Positions 41,445-51,325 are shown, counted from the first letter of the stretch. The stretch: DNA of 64,000 nucleotides from an uncultured Rhodospirillaceae bacterium (GCA_963977005.1 CAXBMQ010000012.1:4307-68306); one strand, 5' to 3'. Translations and numbers: made by a program. The notes: generated from the letters alone by a model not told the origin.

Positions 41445-42400
41445 TTTGCGTCTCCCTGATCATCGCCGGTAAGCTGACGGAAAACGTCTTCAAGGCGGCC
41501 ACGTTCGACATAAAGTTGCTCGATCGCGATGCTCCGGTCCCGCATGCGCGCGTTGACGGTTTCAATGATCGTGGCGCCGTTCTTGGCCATCACCAGTACA
41601 TGGGCGGTATCGCCATGGTCGTCAGCCGTCTCGATACGCTCGATATCGCCAATGCCGCCGAGCGCTTCCTTGAGACCCGGCACATGGTCGCGATGCAGGC
41701 GAACCGACACCGCGTTGTAGTACGACGAGCGCTGCTCAAGATCCGCCGGTGTGCCGTCGGCAATCATTTTGCCGCGGGCGATCACGATCGCCCGGCTGCA
41801 GACAGCGTCCACTTCCTCGAGTACGTGCGTCGAAATCACGATTACCTTGTCCTTCGACATATCGGCAATCAGTTCGCGCACATGATGTTTCTGGTTGGGG
41901 TCCAGACCGTCGGTCGGTTCGTCGAGAATCAGAACGTCCGGATCGTGCAGGATCGCCTGGGCCAGCCCGACCCGGCGCTTGAACCCCTTGGACAGGGTCC
42001 CGATCTGCTGGTTGAAAACCTCGTTAAGCTGAAGCTTTTCGACCGCATTATCGATTCCATTCCGCCGGTCCGCGCCTGACAGGCCACGCACATCCGCCAC
42101 GAAAGACAACATGCCCGAAGCGGTCATGTCATCGTAAAGCGGCGCCCCTTCAGGCAGGTATCCGATGTGGCGCTTCACCGCGATCGGATCGCGGGTAACG
42201 TCATTGCCACAGACGATAGCGGTACCCGCCGTCGGCGTGAGGAAACCCGTCACCATTTTCATCGTCGTCGATTTGCCGGAACCGTTCGGGCCGAGAAAAC
42301 CGAGCACCTCGCCCGCGGCAACCGAAAAACTTACATCGTCCACCGCAGTGAACTGGCCGAACTGCTTTGTCAGGCCCTGAATATCGAGCATGGTGCCCAT
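41441..42400 (-). CDS. ABC transporter ATP-binding protein (GldA-like)
   Basis: Walker A GPNGSGKST, LSKGFKRR signature, ILILDEPT. Probable start MGTMLDIQGL. The ORF extends to 42469. Confidence 0.85.
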   Translation of the reverse strand: MGTMLDIQGLTKQFGQFTAVDDVSFSVAAGEVLGFLGPNGSGKSTTMKMVTGFLTPTAGTAIVCGNDVTRDPIAVKRHIGYLPEGAPLYDDMTASGMLSFVADVRGLSGADRRNGIDNAVEKLQLNEVFNQQIGTLSKGFKRRVGLAQAILHDPDVLILDEPTDGLDPNQKHHVRELIADMSKDKVIVISTHVLEEVDAVCSRAIVIARGKMIADGTPADLEQRSSYYNAVSVRLHRDHVPGLKEALGGIGDIERIETADDHGDTAHVLVMAKNGATIIETVNARMRDRSIAIEQLYVERGRLEDVFRQLTGDDQGDAK

Positions 42401-42633
42401 TGTCGTTCCAACCTCCCGGTTCGTTCCGCTGTCTGGGCTATCGGGATTTCCCCGACACCGGTTTTCCACCGGTCAAGCTACCAAGAACCGCGAGGGACTA
42501 AAGCCCCGCGACCCTTTCGTCAACAGCGGGATCAGAAGCTATCGTTAATACGGCGTCGTTGCGGCGTATATTCCCTGTCGTCAAAACGGCCAAAAGCCGG
42601 GCCATGACAGCCCGGCTTTTGGTTCTTTTCAGT

Positions 42634-43092
42634 TTACGCTGCTTGCGCAGTCTGGTCCTCGATGACCGTCGTCGGCGTCTGGATGTCGATCTTGCGCGGT
42701 TTCATCGCTTCCGGGATTTCCCGTACGAGATCGATGACCAGCAGACCGTCTTTAAGGTCCGCCGCCTTCACCTCGACATGATCGGCAAGCTGGAACCGCC
42801 GTTCGAATGCCCGCCGCGCGATACCGCGGTGCAGGAAGTTCACATCTTCATTCTCTTCGGTCCCCTTGCCGTTGACGACAAGCTGCCCGTCGCGCACCTC
42901 GACATCGAGATCCTGCGGTCCGAAACCGGCTACGGCAACGCTGATCTGATAAGCGTCTTCGCCGGTTTTCACGATGTTGTAGGGCGGGTAGCTGTCTGCA
43001 GCCGCATTTTTCTGGGCGGCGTCGAGCAGAGACGTCATCCGGTCGAAACCGACGGCAGAGCGGTAGAGGGGGGAAAAATCAAAAGTACGCAT
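42634..43092 (-). CDS. Hsp20/alpha-crystallin family small heat-shock protein
   Basis: Alpha-crystallin domain (YNIVKTGEDAYQISVAVAGF...). 152 aa. Confidence 0.88.
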   Translation of the reverse strand: MRTFDFSPLYRSAVGFDRMTSLLDAAQKNAAADSYPPYNIVKTGEDAYQISVAVAGFGPQDLDVEVRDGQLVVNGKGTEENEDVNFLHRGIARRAFERRFQLADHVEVKAADLKDGLLVIDLVREIPEAMKPRKIDIQTPTTVIEDQTAQAA

Positions 43093-43214
43093 TCACATAT
43101 CCTCCTGTGAGCAACATGTTGGAGAGCCGCCAATCTGGCCGGCTCCGGGTTAATATCCGGCCCCGAACGGGCACCGGACAGTTTAAATGTAGGATGCGAG
43201 AATCGAATTTCAAG
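43093..43214 (-). promoter_or_regulatory. RpoH (sigma-32)-type promoter plus ROSE-like RNA-thermometer leader of hsp20
   Basis: On the minus strand: CTTGAAA-N17-CCTACATTT. The leader ends ...GUUGCUCACAGGAGGAUAUGUGAAUG, close to the ROSE 3' hairpin UUGCUCCUUGGAGGAU. Confidence 0.55.
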
Positions 43215-43232
43215 ACATCATAACATATTGTT

Positions 43233-44333
43233 TTAAATAAGTTTCTTCACATATTCGGCGATGGCGAGGGAGGATGTCATACCGGGTGATTCTATCCCGT
43301 AAAGATTGATCAGCCCGGCCACCCCATGGTCGTCCGGCCCCTGGATGAGAAAGTCCCGCGCAGCCTCATCGGGCGCCTGTATCTTGGGACGAATACCGGA
43401 ATAACCAGGCTGGATCGCGCCGTCTTCGAGCGCCGGATAATACGTGCGCACGGCTGCATAGAATTTGTCGGCACGCGACGGATCGACGTCGTAATCGATC
43501 CGGTCCACCCATTCGACATCCGGACCGAACCGGACCTGCCCGCCGAGATCCACCGTGACATGAACGCCGAGACCTGCTTTTTCCGGTACCGGGTAGATCG
43601 GGCGGCTAAACGGCGCCTTGCCCGAGAGCGTGTAGTAATTGCCCTTGCAGTAATAGGTCGGAGGAACTGTTTCGACAGGGATGCCCGATATCGTCGACGA
43701 GATCGACTGGGCCCACAGACCTGCGCTGTTTATAACCAGATCTGCAACCAGCGACATTGGCGCGTCTCCGCCACAATCGAGGCGAATCCCGTCATTCGTG
43801 ACCTGACCGCCGGTGACAGGGGTCATAAAGGCAACCATCGCGCCCGCTTCCTCGGCGTCGCCCTGGAGCGCCAGCATGTATGAATGGCTGTCCAGTATGC
43901 CGGTCGACGGAGACCAGAGCGCGCCGACACAAAACACCTCGGGTTCCATTTCCGTCACCTGGGCCGGCGTCATCCATTCGAGATCGGTGACACCGTTCGC
44001 CGCCGCCGTCGCTTTCAACCGCTCCAGTTCGGGCAGTTGCTCGGTATTGGTGGCGACGATGATCTTCCCGCAATTCTTATAGGCCACGCCGTGGTCGTCG
44101 CAGAACGCATACATCGCCTGTTTGCCCGCGACACAAAACCGGGCTTTCAGACTGCCGGGCGGGTAGTAAATGCCGGCGTGAATGACTTCGCTGTGGCGCG
44201 AACTCGTTTCGGTGCCGATCGCATCGGCCTTTTCGACGACGATGACCTCGCGGCCGGTCTGCGCGACAGCGCGCGCGACAGCGAGACCGACAACCCCCGC
44301 ACCGATAACAACGCAATCGACCCGCTCGGTCAT
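43233..44333 (-). CDS. lhgO: FAD-dependent L-2-hydroxyglutarate oxidase/dehydrogenase family protein
   Basis: GxGxxG ([11 protein letters not shown]). The block [43 protein letters not shown] resembles E. coli LhgO. Confidence 0.6.
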   Translation of the reverse strand: MTERVDCVVIGAGVVGLAVARAVAQTGREVIVVEKADAIGTETSSRHSEVIHAGIYYPPGSLKARFCVAGKQAMYAFCDDHGVAYKNCGKIIVATNTEQLPELERLKATAAANGVTDLEWMTPAQVTEMEPEVFCVGALWSPSTGILDSHSYMLALQGDAEEAGAMVAFMTPVTGGQVTNDGIRLDCGGDAPMSLVADLVINSAGLWAQSISSTISGIPVETVPPTYYCKGNYYTLSGKAPFSRPIYPVPEKAGLGVHVTVDLGGQVRFGPDVEWVDRIDYDVDPSRADKFYAAVRTYYPALEDGAIQPGYSGIRPKIQAPDEAARDFLIQGPDDHGVAGLINLYGIESPGMTSSLAIAEYVKKLI

Positions 44334-44935
44334 TGCTGATCGTCGCCTTCGGGGACGGTGCCGAAGCGCTGGTCGCTGGCTTCAAGCCATGCCTCTTCCG
44401 CCGGCGTGCTCTGCCGGCCGAGGATCGCATTTCGATGCGGAAAGCGGCCGAATTGCGCGACGATGTCCCGATGGGCAACCGCATACTCGATCCATTCGGC
44501 CTTGCTTTCATGATCGTCTATCGCTTCGAAAAGAGCGACGCACTTCTCCTGGTCATCTAAGTTCTCGCTGTGCTCGAACGGCAGATACGCGAACAGCTTC
44601 TCCACCGTGAGCAGTTCGCCATGCCGCGGACTTGCGACGAGCTGTTTGGCTGCTGCCAAGGCCACAGGGTCTGCCGCGAAAGACCTGGGATTTCCACGAA
44701 AAACGTTTCGCGGCACCTGGTCGAGCAGAACGATAAGAGCCACCCAGCCCCGCGCATCCGACTTCCAGTCCCCGAAGCCACCGCCTTTGGCCTGCTCATG
44801 CCGGTCGAGGAAACGATCTTCGATCTCACGGTCGATGGCGGGCGTGCTGGCAAACCAGAACTCACGCACCTCACCGTGTCCAACGCCACCGGGTGCCCCG
44901 AACCAGTAATCGTAAATGTCGTGCCATTCGGCCAT
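44330..44935 (-). CDS. DUF924 family protein
   Basis: LDQVPRN motif and DUF924 length. Start chosen at MAEWHDIY (ATG at 44935). The ORF extends to 45016. Confidence 0.65.
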   Translation of the reverse strand: MAEWHDIYDYWFGAPGGVGHGEVREFWFASTPAIDREIEDRFLDRHEQAKGGGFGDWKSDARGWVALIVLLDQVPRNVFRGNPRSFAADPVALAAAKQLVASPRHGELLTVEKLFAYLPFEHSENLDDQEKCVALFEAIDDHESKAEWIEYAVAHRDIVAQFGRFPHRNAILGRQSTPAEEAWLEASDQRFGTVPEGDDQQ

Positions 44936-44964
44936 TGCTGCTTCCCTCAATTCTCTGCTTGGTT

Positions 44965-45699
44965 TTAAGGCTTTATCGCGGTGCGCAACAACCCGCCGAT
45001 CACGATCATCCGGCAAATTGCCGGCGGAAAAATTTCAATCGTCTCCACCAATCGCGCCCGCGTCGAGGCGTCCGGTAGAACGGCATCGCCCCGCGGCGGC
45101 GGCAGACGCGCAAATATGTCATCCGCGATCCCGTTTGCCAGACCTGATATGTCGGCGACCTGCCGCTCTATCTGTCCGCTCGCGGCCAGGGGTTCGAGCC
45201 AGTCGGCAAGCGCTGTCAGAAATGCCGGCCAGGCGGCGAAATGGCGGAACAACGACGGCACAAGCCCGCGATCCTGACCGGTGGTCAGCCATGCGAGCCG
45301 GTATAGAATTTCCATCGTCTCGGCGCTCACCCGGTCGAGCGGCGCCATGGGAAGGAGTACCGTCAAACTGCCGTTGCCTGCCGGGTTCGGGCGCCGCCAA
45401 CCGGCTGGCCGGCCGGCCTCAAGCGCCGTCGCGATGACTCGCAGGCTGATCGCATTCATCGGATTTGCCCGGTTATAGGCGTCGAGCGTTGCCAGTACGC
45501 CGCTGCCCTCTTCTTCGGTAAGTCCGGCCAGTGCGCAGGAGATACTGTCTGCTGTCACGTTTCCGCCGATGGACACAAGTGCCCGCGAACGATCTGCAAA
45601 TTCACCCTCCTCGAAGGCCGGGCCAACGGTACTCCATGCCCATTCGAGAGCACCCGGTACGGTGGCCAGATGCCGGTAAACCAGATTGACGAGTTTCAC
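44965..45699 (-). CDS. Hypothetical protein (244 aa), GTG start
   Basis: Long ORF with good codon usage. No recognisable motifs. Confidence 0.4.
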   Translation of the reverse strand: MKLVNLVYRHLATVPGALEWAWSTVGPAFEEGEFADRSRALVSIGGNVTADSISCALAGLTEEEGSGVLATLDAYNRANPMNAISLRVIATALEAGRPAGWRRPNPAGNGSLTVLLPMAPLDRVSAETMEILYRLAWLTTGQDRGLVPSLFRHFAAWPAFLTALADWLEPLAASGQIERQVADISGLANGIADDIFARLPPPRGDAVLPDASTRARLVETIEIFPPAICRMIVIGGLLRTAIKP

Positions 45700-45917
45700 G
45701 CCAAGGGCGGCTTCGATAGCTGAATAAATATCCCGGATATCGCCGGTCGCGTCCTCGACCGCGAGTTCTTCGAGTACATTTGGTCTCTGTGGAGTATTAA
45801 TGCTCGATATCCTTCAAGTCTTCGCCAATGCGTTATCGATACTGATTTTTGCATCAATGTTAATCAAATCTTTAAAAGCGGTGAATTATCCTCCGCGACA
45901 ACCACAAGCTGTTACAG

Positions 45918-46703
45918 GTGTATACCGTCGTGGACGGAAGTTTAACATTCGACGTCCTCGTTTTATCGGGCAAATCCCAGTGGACCAGCATTTCCCGCTG
46001 GCCCGACGCGATATCTGCCCAGAACGAAGCCCGCAAGCTGGTCGCGAGCAAGAAGCACCTCGGCGTGAAGGTATCGCAGGAAAGCTACGATCATGCCGAA
46101 AACCGCTTTATGGAAAAGACGCTTTTCAAGCATCTGAAGAGCGACAAAAAGGCGACGCAACCGGCGGCGGAAGCGGCGCCGGCGTTTTCGGCCGACAGTT
46201 TCGGTGAAACCGACGATTACGACGAATTCGACGAATTCGACGACTTCGCCGATTACGACGACGGTCCGGACTGGGTAGCGCCCATCTTCGGCATTTTTGC
46301 AGCTCTCGTACTCATAGTGGGTCTTGGAATTTTCTTTTTTGAAGAAACAGCGGAGGTCGGTTCCTGGGCAAAATCAGAGTTCAAATCGGAGGGCAAGTCC
46401 GACTACTTCGTATTCCCGCTACCCGCAGCCATAACCAACGTCTCGAATGGCGATGAGAACGTCTCGGTCAGGATCGATCTACAGCTCGAACTTGACGGCG
46501 CACACGACGTCAAAGCGGTAGAGTTCGCGCTCGCCCAGATTATGGAATCGGTGATCATTGAAATTCAGGAGACCGATGCCGGTGACCTTCAGCGGAGCGA
46601 GAAAATTCAGTTGCTGCGCGCCAAACTCAAACAAAAAATACAGGACGCCATGGGGGAAACGAACCTCAATGGCGTCCTGTTTAACAATATTCAGGTATTC
46701 TAG
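45918..46703 (+). CDS. FliL-like membrane protein with an atypical long N-terminal cytoplasmic region and acidic linker
   Basis: Single TM (WVAPIFGIFAALVLIVGLGIFFF). The C-terminal 110 aa match the FliL periplasmic domain pattern (YFVFPLPAAITNVS..VSVRIDLQLEL.., ending NNIQVF). Preceded by a D/E/F/Y-rich run. Confidence 0.5.
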   Translation: MYTVVDGSLTFDVLVLSGKSQWTSISRWPDAISAQNEARKLVASKKHLGVKVSQESYDHAENRFMEKTLFKHLKSDKKATQPAAEAAPAFSADSFGETDDYDEFDEFDDFADYDDGPDWVAPIFGIFAALVLIVGLGIFFFEETAEVGSWAKSEFKSEGKSDYFVFPLPAAITNVSNGDENVSVRIDLQLELDGAHDVKAVEFALAQIMESVIIEIQETDAGDLQRSEKIQLLRAKLKQKIQDAMGETNLNGVLFNNIQVF

Positions 46704-46718
46704 CGCGGGTTGCTACCT

Positions 46719-47720
46719 CTACTTCGCGGGAAACTTCACGGCCGGGTTCAGATAGGCATTGCTGTATGCCCCCTTGATGTCGAACGGTTTTTCCAGCTTG
46801 AAATAGGTCTCGACCATTTTGTAGTCGCTGGTCATCCGCGTGTCGTCGAAGTGACCGAGAGCAACTGTGCGCGACGTTGCGTCGTTCATCAGCTCGGTGA
46901 CGAGATTCCAGTTTTTCATTGAAGAGGCCGTTTTCAGACCCGAATTCGCCGCGACCAAGGCGTCGATGCACGGCACCGGCGTTCTGACGCAATCGGCATA
47001 GGCCTGTTGCGTGATCTTAACGAATTTGCCAACCGTTTCTCCGTTTTCGGCCAGGTACTTACCGTTGGCGACGATCGAGTTGCCGTAAGGATTAATGCCG
47101 TGATCGCGCCACGGCAGGAAGCCCATATCGTCACCCAGCACATTCTCGAAGATAAAGTGAATATTGTAGAACGACGTCGTGATATCGATGTTCTTCGACT
47201 TAAGCGCCGCGATCTTGGCGTTCGGCGCAACGTTTACCCAGCGAACGGATTTCGGATCGACGCCGGTCGCCGCCGCAAGAGCCGGCCACATCTTGCGGGC
47301 CGCATCCCACGCCGGGTTGCCGATCTTCTTGCCGGCAAAATCCTTGACGCTCCTGATCCCGGAGCTTTTCAGCCAGTACATCCCGTAGGGCGAGTTGGCG
47401 TAAATATTCATCACACCAACGAGGTCGGCGCCCTTGCCCTTGGTCACAAGCGCGGTGCCCAGATCGGCAATGCCAAGCTGGTTTTTACCGATACCGACAC
47501 GCTGGGACGACAGGGTAGAACCCTTGCCCTGTTCGATCGTCAGATCGATACCGGCCTTCTCGTACAAGCCCCGTGCCTTGGCCCAGTAGACGGGTGCGTG
47601 ATCGCCACCGGCGACCCAGTTCAGGATGAAATTGATTTTTTCCGCACTCTGAGCCGGAACGGCAGAAAATGTGACAGTCGCCGCGGCAACGGTTGCGAGC
47701 AATTTTGTTCTGATCATGTT
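46719..47720 (-). CDS. ABC transporter substrate-binding protein, NMT1/THI5 (SsuA/TauA/ThiY-like) family
   Basis: Signal peptide from Met at 47720 (MIRTKLLATVAAATVTFSAVPAQSA), then a periplasmic binding-protein fold. The ORF track extends to 47837. Confidence 0.8.
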   Translation of the reverse strand, partial: NMIRTKLLATVAAATVTFSAVPAQSAEKINFILNWVAGGDHAPVYWAKARGLYEKAGIDLTIEQGKGSTLSSQRVGIGKNQLGIADLGTALVTKGKGADLVGVMNIYANSPYGMYWLKSSGIRSVKDFAGKKIGNPAWDAARKMWPALAAATGVDPKSVRWVNVAPNAKIAALKSKNIDITTSFYNIHFIFENVLGDDMGFLPWRDHGINPYGNSIVANGKYLAENGETVGKFVKITQQAYADCVRTPVPCIDALVAANSGLKTASSMKNWNLVTELMNDATSRTVALGHFDDTRMTSDYKMVETYFKLEKPFDIKGAYSNAYLNPAVKFPAK

Positions 47721-47840
47721 CGTTCTCCCCTTTTCGATTGAATTTGACTTTGTATGTCCGGCTTTCGGAGTGCAGCGCCAAAGGGTTACCCTGGCCATCC
47801 CTCTTGTGCAGCCATGCCTCTTGCCGTCCTGCCGCACCTC

Positions 47841-47894
47841 GCGTAAGTAACTATACGGTTATTTCAGGCTAGGACCCGGCATCCGGCCTGTCAA
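47841..47894 (+). promoter_or_regulatory. Conserved 54-bp promoter/operator block, copy 1, containing the palindrome TAACT-N4-GGTTA
   Basis: gcgtaagtaactatacggttatttcaggctaggacccggcatccggcctgtcaa. About 87% identical to copy 2 at 50561. Lies in the divergent region between the binding-protein and permease genes. Confidence 0.6.
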
Positions 47895-47947
47895 TAAATG
47901 TTCTCGCAGCGCAAGCGCGCGATGCCGGGAAACCCGATGGGGATTGG

Positions 47948-48709
47948 ATGACGGTATTGAATTTCGTCCGGCGATACTGGATTGCGGTGGCAGCACATAT
48001 CGCAGTCATCGCGGCATGGCAGCTATTCGTCCAGCTCGGCGAAGTGGAATCCTATATAATGCCGTCGCCGCTTGCGACGATCATGACGCTCGGCGACGAC
48101 AACGCATGGGTGCACAACACCCTGTTCACAGCGGGGGAAATCTTCGGCGGGTATTTCTGCGCGGTCGTATTCGGCGTCGGCATGGCGCTTCTGTTCTCAT
48201 GGTCGAAACTTCTGGACGCCGCCTTCATGCCGCTGCTGATCAGCCTGAACATGATTCCCAAAGTGGCGCTTGGCCCGATTTTCATTGTCTGGTTCTCTTA
48301 CGGCATGGGCTCGAACATTTTGATGGCGTTTGCCATCAGCTTCCTGCCGATCCTGATTACGACGGCGCGGGGCCTGAAGGAAGTCGAACCCGATCTCATT
48401 GACCTGGTACGCACCCTCAGGGCATCGCGCTGGCAGGTTTTCACCAAGATCCAGCTACCCGGTTCCCTGCCGTTTATATTTTCCGGCATGAAGGTCGCGG
48501 TTGTCCTGGCCGTCGCGGGCGCGATTGTCGGAGAGTTCATCGCATCGGAAGAAGGTCTTGGTTACCTGATGATGCAGCGTCAGGTCGAGCTCGATACAGC
48601 GTCGATGTTCATGGCTGTTTTGCTGATCACGCTGATCGGGTCGGTTCTGTACGGGCTTGTCATTCTGCTGGAGAAAATAATGGTGCCACAGGACGCGCGG
48701 CTCGGATGA
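47948..48709 (+). CDS. ABC transporter permease (SsuC/TauC-like)
   Basis: 253 aa, 6 TM, EAA-like loop (RTLRASRWQVFTKIQLP). Confidence 0.85.
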   Translation: MTVLNFVRRYWIAVAAHIAVIAAWQLFVQLGEVESYIMPSPLATIMTLGDDNAWVHNTLFTAGEIFGGYFCAVVFGVGMALLFSWSKLLDAAFMPLLISLNMIPKVALGPIFIVWFSYGMGSNILMAFAISFLPILITTARGLKEVEPDLIDLVRTLRASRWQVFTKIQLPGSLPFIFSGMKVAVVLAVAGAIVGEFIASEEGLGYLMMQRQVELDTASMFMAVLLITLIGSVLYGLVILLEKIMVPQDARLG

Positions 48710-48710
48710 G

Positions 48711-49487
48711 GTGCCACCAATGACTGATCCGTTTATCCGCCTGTCCGGCGTCCGCAAGGAATTCGAGACTCGGGGGGAAACATTCCTCGCCGTCTCCGAC
48801 GTAACGTTCGACGTCGCCGAAGGCGAACTTGTTGCGCTCGTCGGGCCGTCCGGCTGCGGTAAAACCACGGTACTGAAAATGATTGCAGGACTGCACGATC
48901 ATTCCGGTGGCGACATGCAGATCGGCGGGACGGACGGCGCGGGTTTCAGCGCCGACAAGGATATCGGCATGGTGTTTCAGCAACCCCTGCTGCTGAAATG
49001 GCGCAAAGTGCTGGAGAACGTGCTGCTGCCGGCAGAGATTCTCGGCCTGCCCATGGCCGAAGCGCGGGACCGGGCCAAAGACCTGCTCGCGCTGGTCGGA
49101 CTCACCGGGTTCGAGGGCAGCTATCCGTACGAACTGTCCGGCGGGATGCAGCAGCGCGCCGCCATCGCAAGGTCGCTGGTGCACGATCCGAAAGTCGTGC
49201 TGATGGACGAACCCTTCGGTGCGCTTGATGCGCTAACCCGCGAAAGCATGAATATCGAATTGCTGCGCATCTGGTCGGAAAGCAAAAAAACGATCCTGTT
49301 CGTCACCCACGGCATTCAGGAAGCCGTGTTCCTGGGCAGCCGCGTGATCGTGCTGACGTCCAGCCCCGCCCGCATGGCGGGGGATATCCCGGTGGATCTG
49401 CCCTACCCGCGCAAGCTTGAGATCAAGACAAACGAAGATTTCGGCGTTTACACGCGCCAGATATACGGTCTGCTGGGAATGGCCTGA
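48711..49487 (+). CDS. ABC transporter ATP-binding protein (SsuB/TauB-like)
   Basis: Walker A GPSGCGKTT, signature LSGGMQQR, Walker B VLMDEPFGALD. Confidence 0.9.
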   Translation: MPPMTDPFIRLSGVRKEFETRGETFLAVSDVTFDVAEGELVALVGPSGCGKTTVLKMIAGLHDHSGGDMQIGGTDGAGFSADKDIGMVFQQPLLLKWRKVLENVLLPAEILGLPMAEARDRAKDLLALVGLTGFEGSYPYELSGGMQQRAAIARSLVHDPKVVLMDEPFGALDALTRESMNIELLRIWSESKKTILFVTHGIQEAVFLGSRVIVLTSSPARMAGDIPVDLPYPRKLEIKTNEDFGVYTRQIYGLLGMA

Positions 49488-49503
49488 CGGCCAACTGCCG
49501 CGG

Positions 49504-50535
49504 CTACGCGACGACGGCGCTTTCCCGCCCGAGATACAGATCCCGCCCGGCATTGAGCACGCCGATCTTGCGGTCTGCGATATAGCGTTTGTGGTTCCAC
49601 AGCCCGCAATCGGGATGAATGTAGGTAACCCGGCCCTCGCCCATGATGCTCTCGGCGCGTTCGATCAGCCGCGCGATATCGTCCGGCGATTCGGTCATCG
49701 TGCGTTTGACGTCGACGACACCGAGCCCCATGCCGATTTCAGGACGGAGTTCCTTGAACGCGACAAGTTCTTCCGCGGGGCGATGCGCGCATTCCATGAC
49801 GATATGATCGACATGCAGCGCGTTCAGATAATCCATCAGACGCCCCCAGGAGCCGTCCTGCGGCTGCTGACCGGCATAGTTGCCAAAGCACAGATGTACC
49901 GCGGGAATTCCCGGCACGGCGTCCAGCACCTTGTTCATCGCCGCCGCCGCCCATTCCCATTCCTCGGGATTGCCCGGCAGGTTGGCTTCATCGATCTGCA
50001 CTATATCGGCATCGAGCCGCGCGACCTGTTCGGCAAGCACATCGGCGATTGCGTCGGTCACGGCCTCAATACTGCCGTAATGATGATCCACCAGCGTTTT
50101 CGCCAGCATGTGCGGACCCGTCAGCGCAAACTTGAACGGCTTCTGCGCCAGCGCCTTCGCGCGGCGACAGGGAAACGCGAGATTCATTGTACCGCTGCTG
50201 ATCGCGCCTTCGACGACGCCGGCAGGCAGCCGCCGCCACCCCATGTTCATGTCGGATTCGAACTGGCGGATCAGATCGAAGGTCAGCGCTGAGCGGATCC
50301 CTTCCATCGGCGACGTAAAGTATTCGATCATGCCATTGGTTTCGGGATGGCTGAGATCGTAGCGATACACCTCGCCGTCGCAGACCACGTCGAGCCCTGC
50401 GGTCTCCTGCGTGTGCAGGATCACGCGCGTTGCGTCGGTAATGTCCTGTTCGGACGGGCTGTTGCCGAGCCAGGCGGGCACCGGGTAGGAGCCGACAGTC
50501 GTGGTCTTGATGCGGGGAGCTGTATCCATGATCAT
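49504..50535 (-). CDS. Cobalamin-independent methionine synthase (MetE) C-terminal-domain-like protein (core-MetE/UroD-like family)
   Basis: 343 aa. N terminus KTTTVGSYPVPAWL. Zn-ligand-like His/Cys/Glu (HIVMECAHR; YIHPDCGLW). Confidence 0.7.
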   Translation of the reverse strand: MIMDTAPRIKTTTVGSYPVPAWLGNSPSEQDITDATRVILHTQETAGLDVVCDGEVYRYDLSHPETNGMIEYFTSPMEGIRSALTFDLIRQFESDMNMGWRRLPAGVVEGAISSGTMNLAFPCRRAKALAQKPFKFALTGPHMLAKTLVDHHYGSIEAVTDAIADVLAEQVARLDADIVQIDEANLPGNPEEWEWAAAAMNKVLDAVPGIPAVHLCFGNYAGQQPQDGSWGRLMDYLNALHVDHIVMECAHRPAEELVAFKELRPEIGMGLGVVDVKRTMTESPDDIARLIERAESIMGEGRVTYIHPDCGLWNHKRYIADRKIGVLNAGRDLYLGRESAVVA

Positions 50536-50560
50536 AATCCTTGCCGAAACGTCGGTGGCG

Positions 50561-50614
50561 GCGTAAGTAACTAAACAGTTATTTCAGGCTAGGGGCCGGG
50601 CAATCGCCTGTCAA
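50561..50614 (+). promoter_or_regulatory. Conserved 54-bp promoter/operator block, copy 2, with the perfect palindrome TAACT-N4-AGTTA
   Basis: gcgtaagtaactaaacagttatttcaggctaggggccgggcaatcgcctgtcaa. Lies in the divergent region between the MetE-like and tetR genes. Confidence 0.6.
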
Positions 50615-50659
50615 CCGAAAGCCGACCTCACCTCGGCGCGACCAGGAGAAGCGCGGACG

Positions 50660-51325
50660 ATGCCTGCAAAGATCGACAGCAAGGCCGCTCGGCAAGCCGG
50701 CAAAGAACGCGTCCGCCGCGACCCCGACGCGTCGCAGCGGCGCATTCTGGCCGCGGCAACCGAGGTCTTCGCAGCCCAGGGGCTTGACGGCGCGCGGGTC
50801 GATGAAATTGCTGACCGCGCCGGTATCAACAAGCGGATGCTCTATCACTATTTCGGAAACAAGGACGAGCTGTTCGGCGCCGTATTAAACGAGCTCTATG
50901 AGACGATCTGCCGTGACAGCGCCGCGCTCGATCTGAATGCGGGTCCACCACCTGAGGGACTCGCCCGGCTGGTCGATTTTGTCGTCGATTACTATCTCGG
51001 CAATCCTCACGCAATCACGCTGCTGAACGCCGAGAACTTGCATAAGGCGCGTCACCTGAAGACGTCGGAACGCATTCGCGCGATCCATTTGCCATTCGAG
51101 GAAATGCTGGAGGAACTGCTCGCCCGCGGCGTTGCGACGAACGATTTCAGATCGGGCGTCAGTGGTGCGCGGCTATACATCTCCATCGTCGGGCTGACCT
51201 ACTATTACCTGTCGAACGGACATTCACTGTCGGTCTTCTTCGACCGCGATCTTTACGACCGCAAAGAGCTGAAAGCCTGGCGGCAGCATATTCACGAAAT
51301 GGCGCAGCGCTTCGTCGCCGTCTGA
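50660..51325 (+). CDS. TetR/AcrR family transcriptional regulator
   Basis: N-terminal HTH (ILAAATEVFAAQGLDGARVDEIADRAGINKRMLYHYFGNKDELF). Confidence 0.9.
   Translation: MPAKIDSKAARQAGKERVRRDPDASQRRILAAATEVFAAQGLDGARVDEIADRAGINKRMLYHYFGNKDELFGAVLNELYETICRDSAALDLNAGPPPEGLARLVDFVVDYYLGNPHAITLLNAENLHKARHLKTSERIRAIHLPFEEMLEELLARGVATNDFRSGVSGARLYISIVGLTYYYLSNGHSLSVFFDRDLYDRKELKAWRQHIHEMAQRFVAV

Noticed and set aside
44965-45699. Possibility that the 244-aa hypothetical protein is the C-terminal part of a longer gene or a pseudogene
   Set aside because: The ORF track shows no longer frame on that strand, and the gene has a GTG start. There is not enough evidence for a frameshift, so it is kept as a hypothetical protein.
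47721-47837. 39-aa N-terminal extension of the binding-protein ORF
   Set aside because: The extension precedes an obvious signal peptide starting at the internal Met (MIRTKLLATVAAA...). A start at 47720 leaves a normal promoter region containing the conserved operator block.
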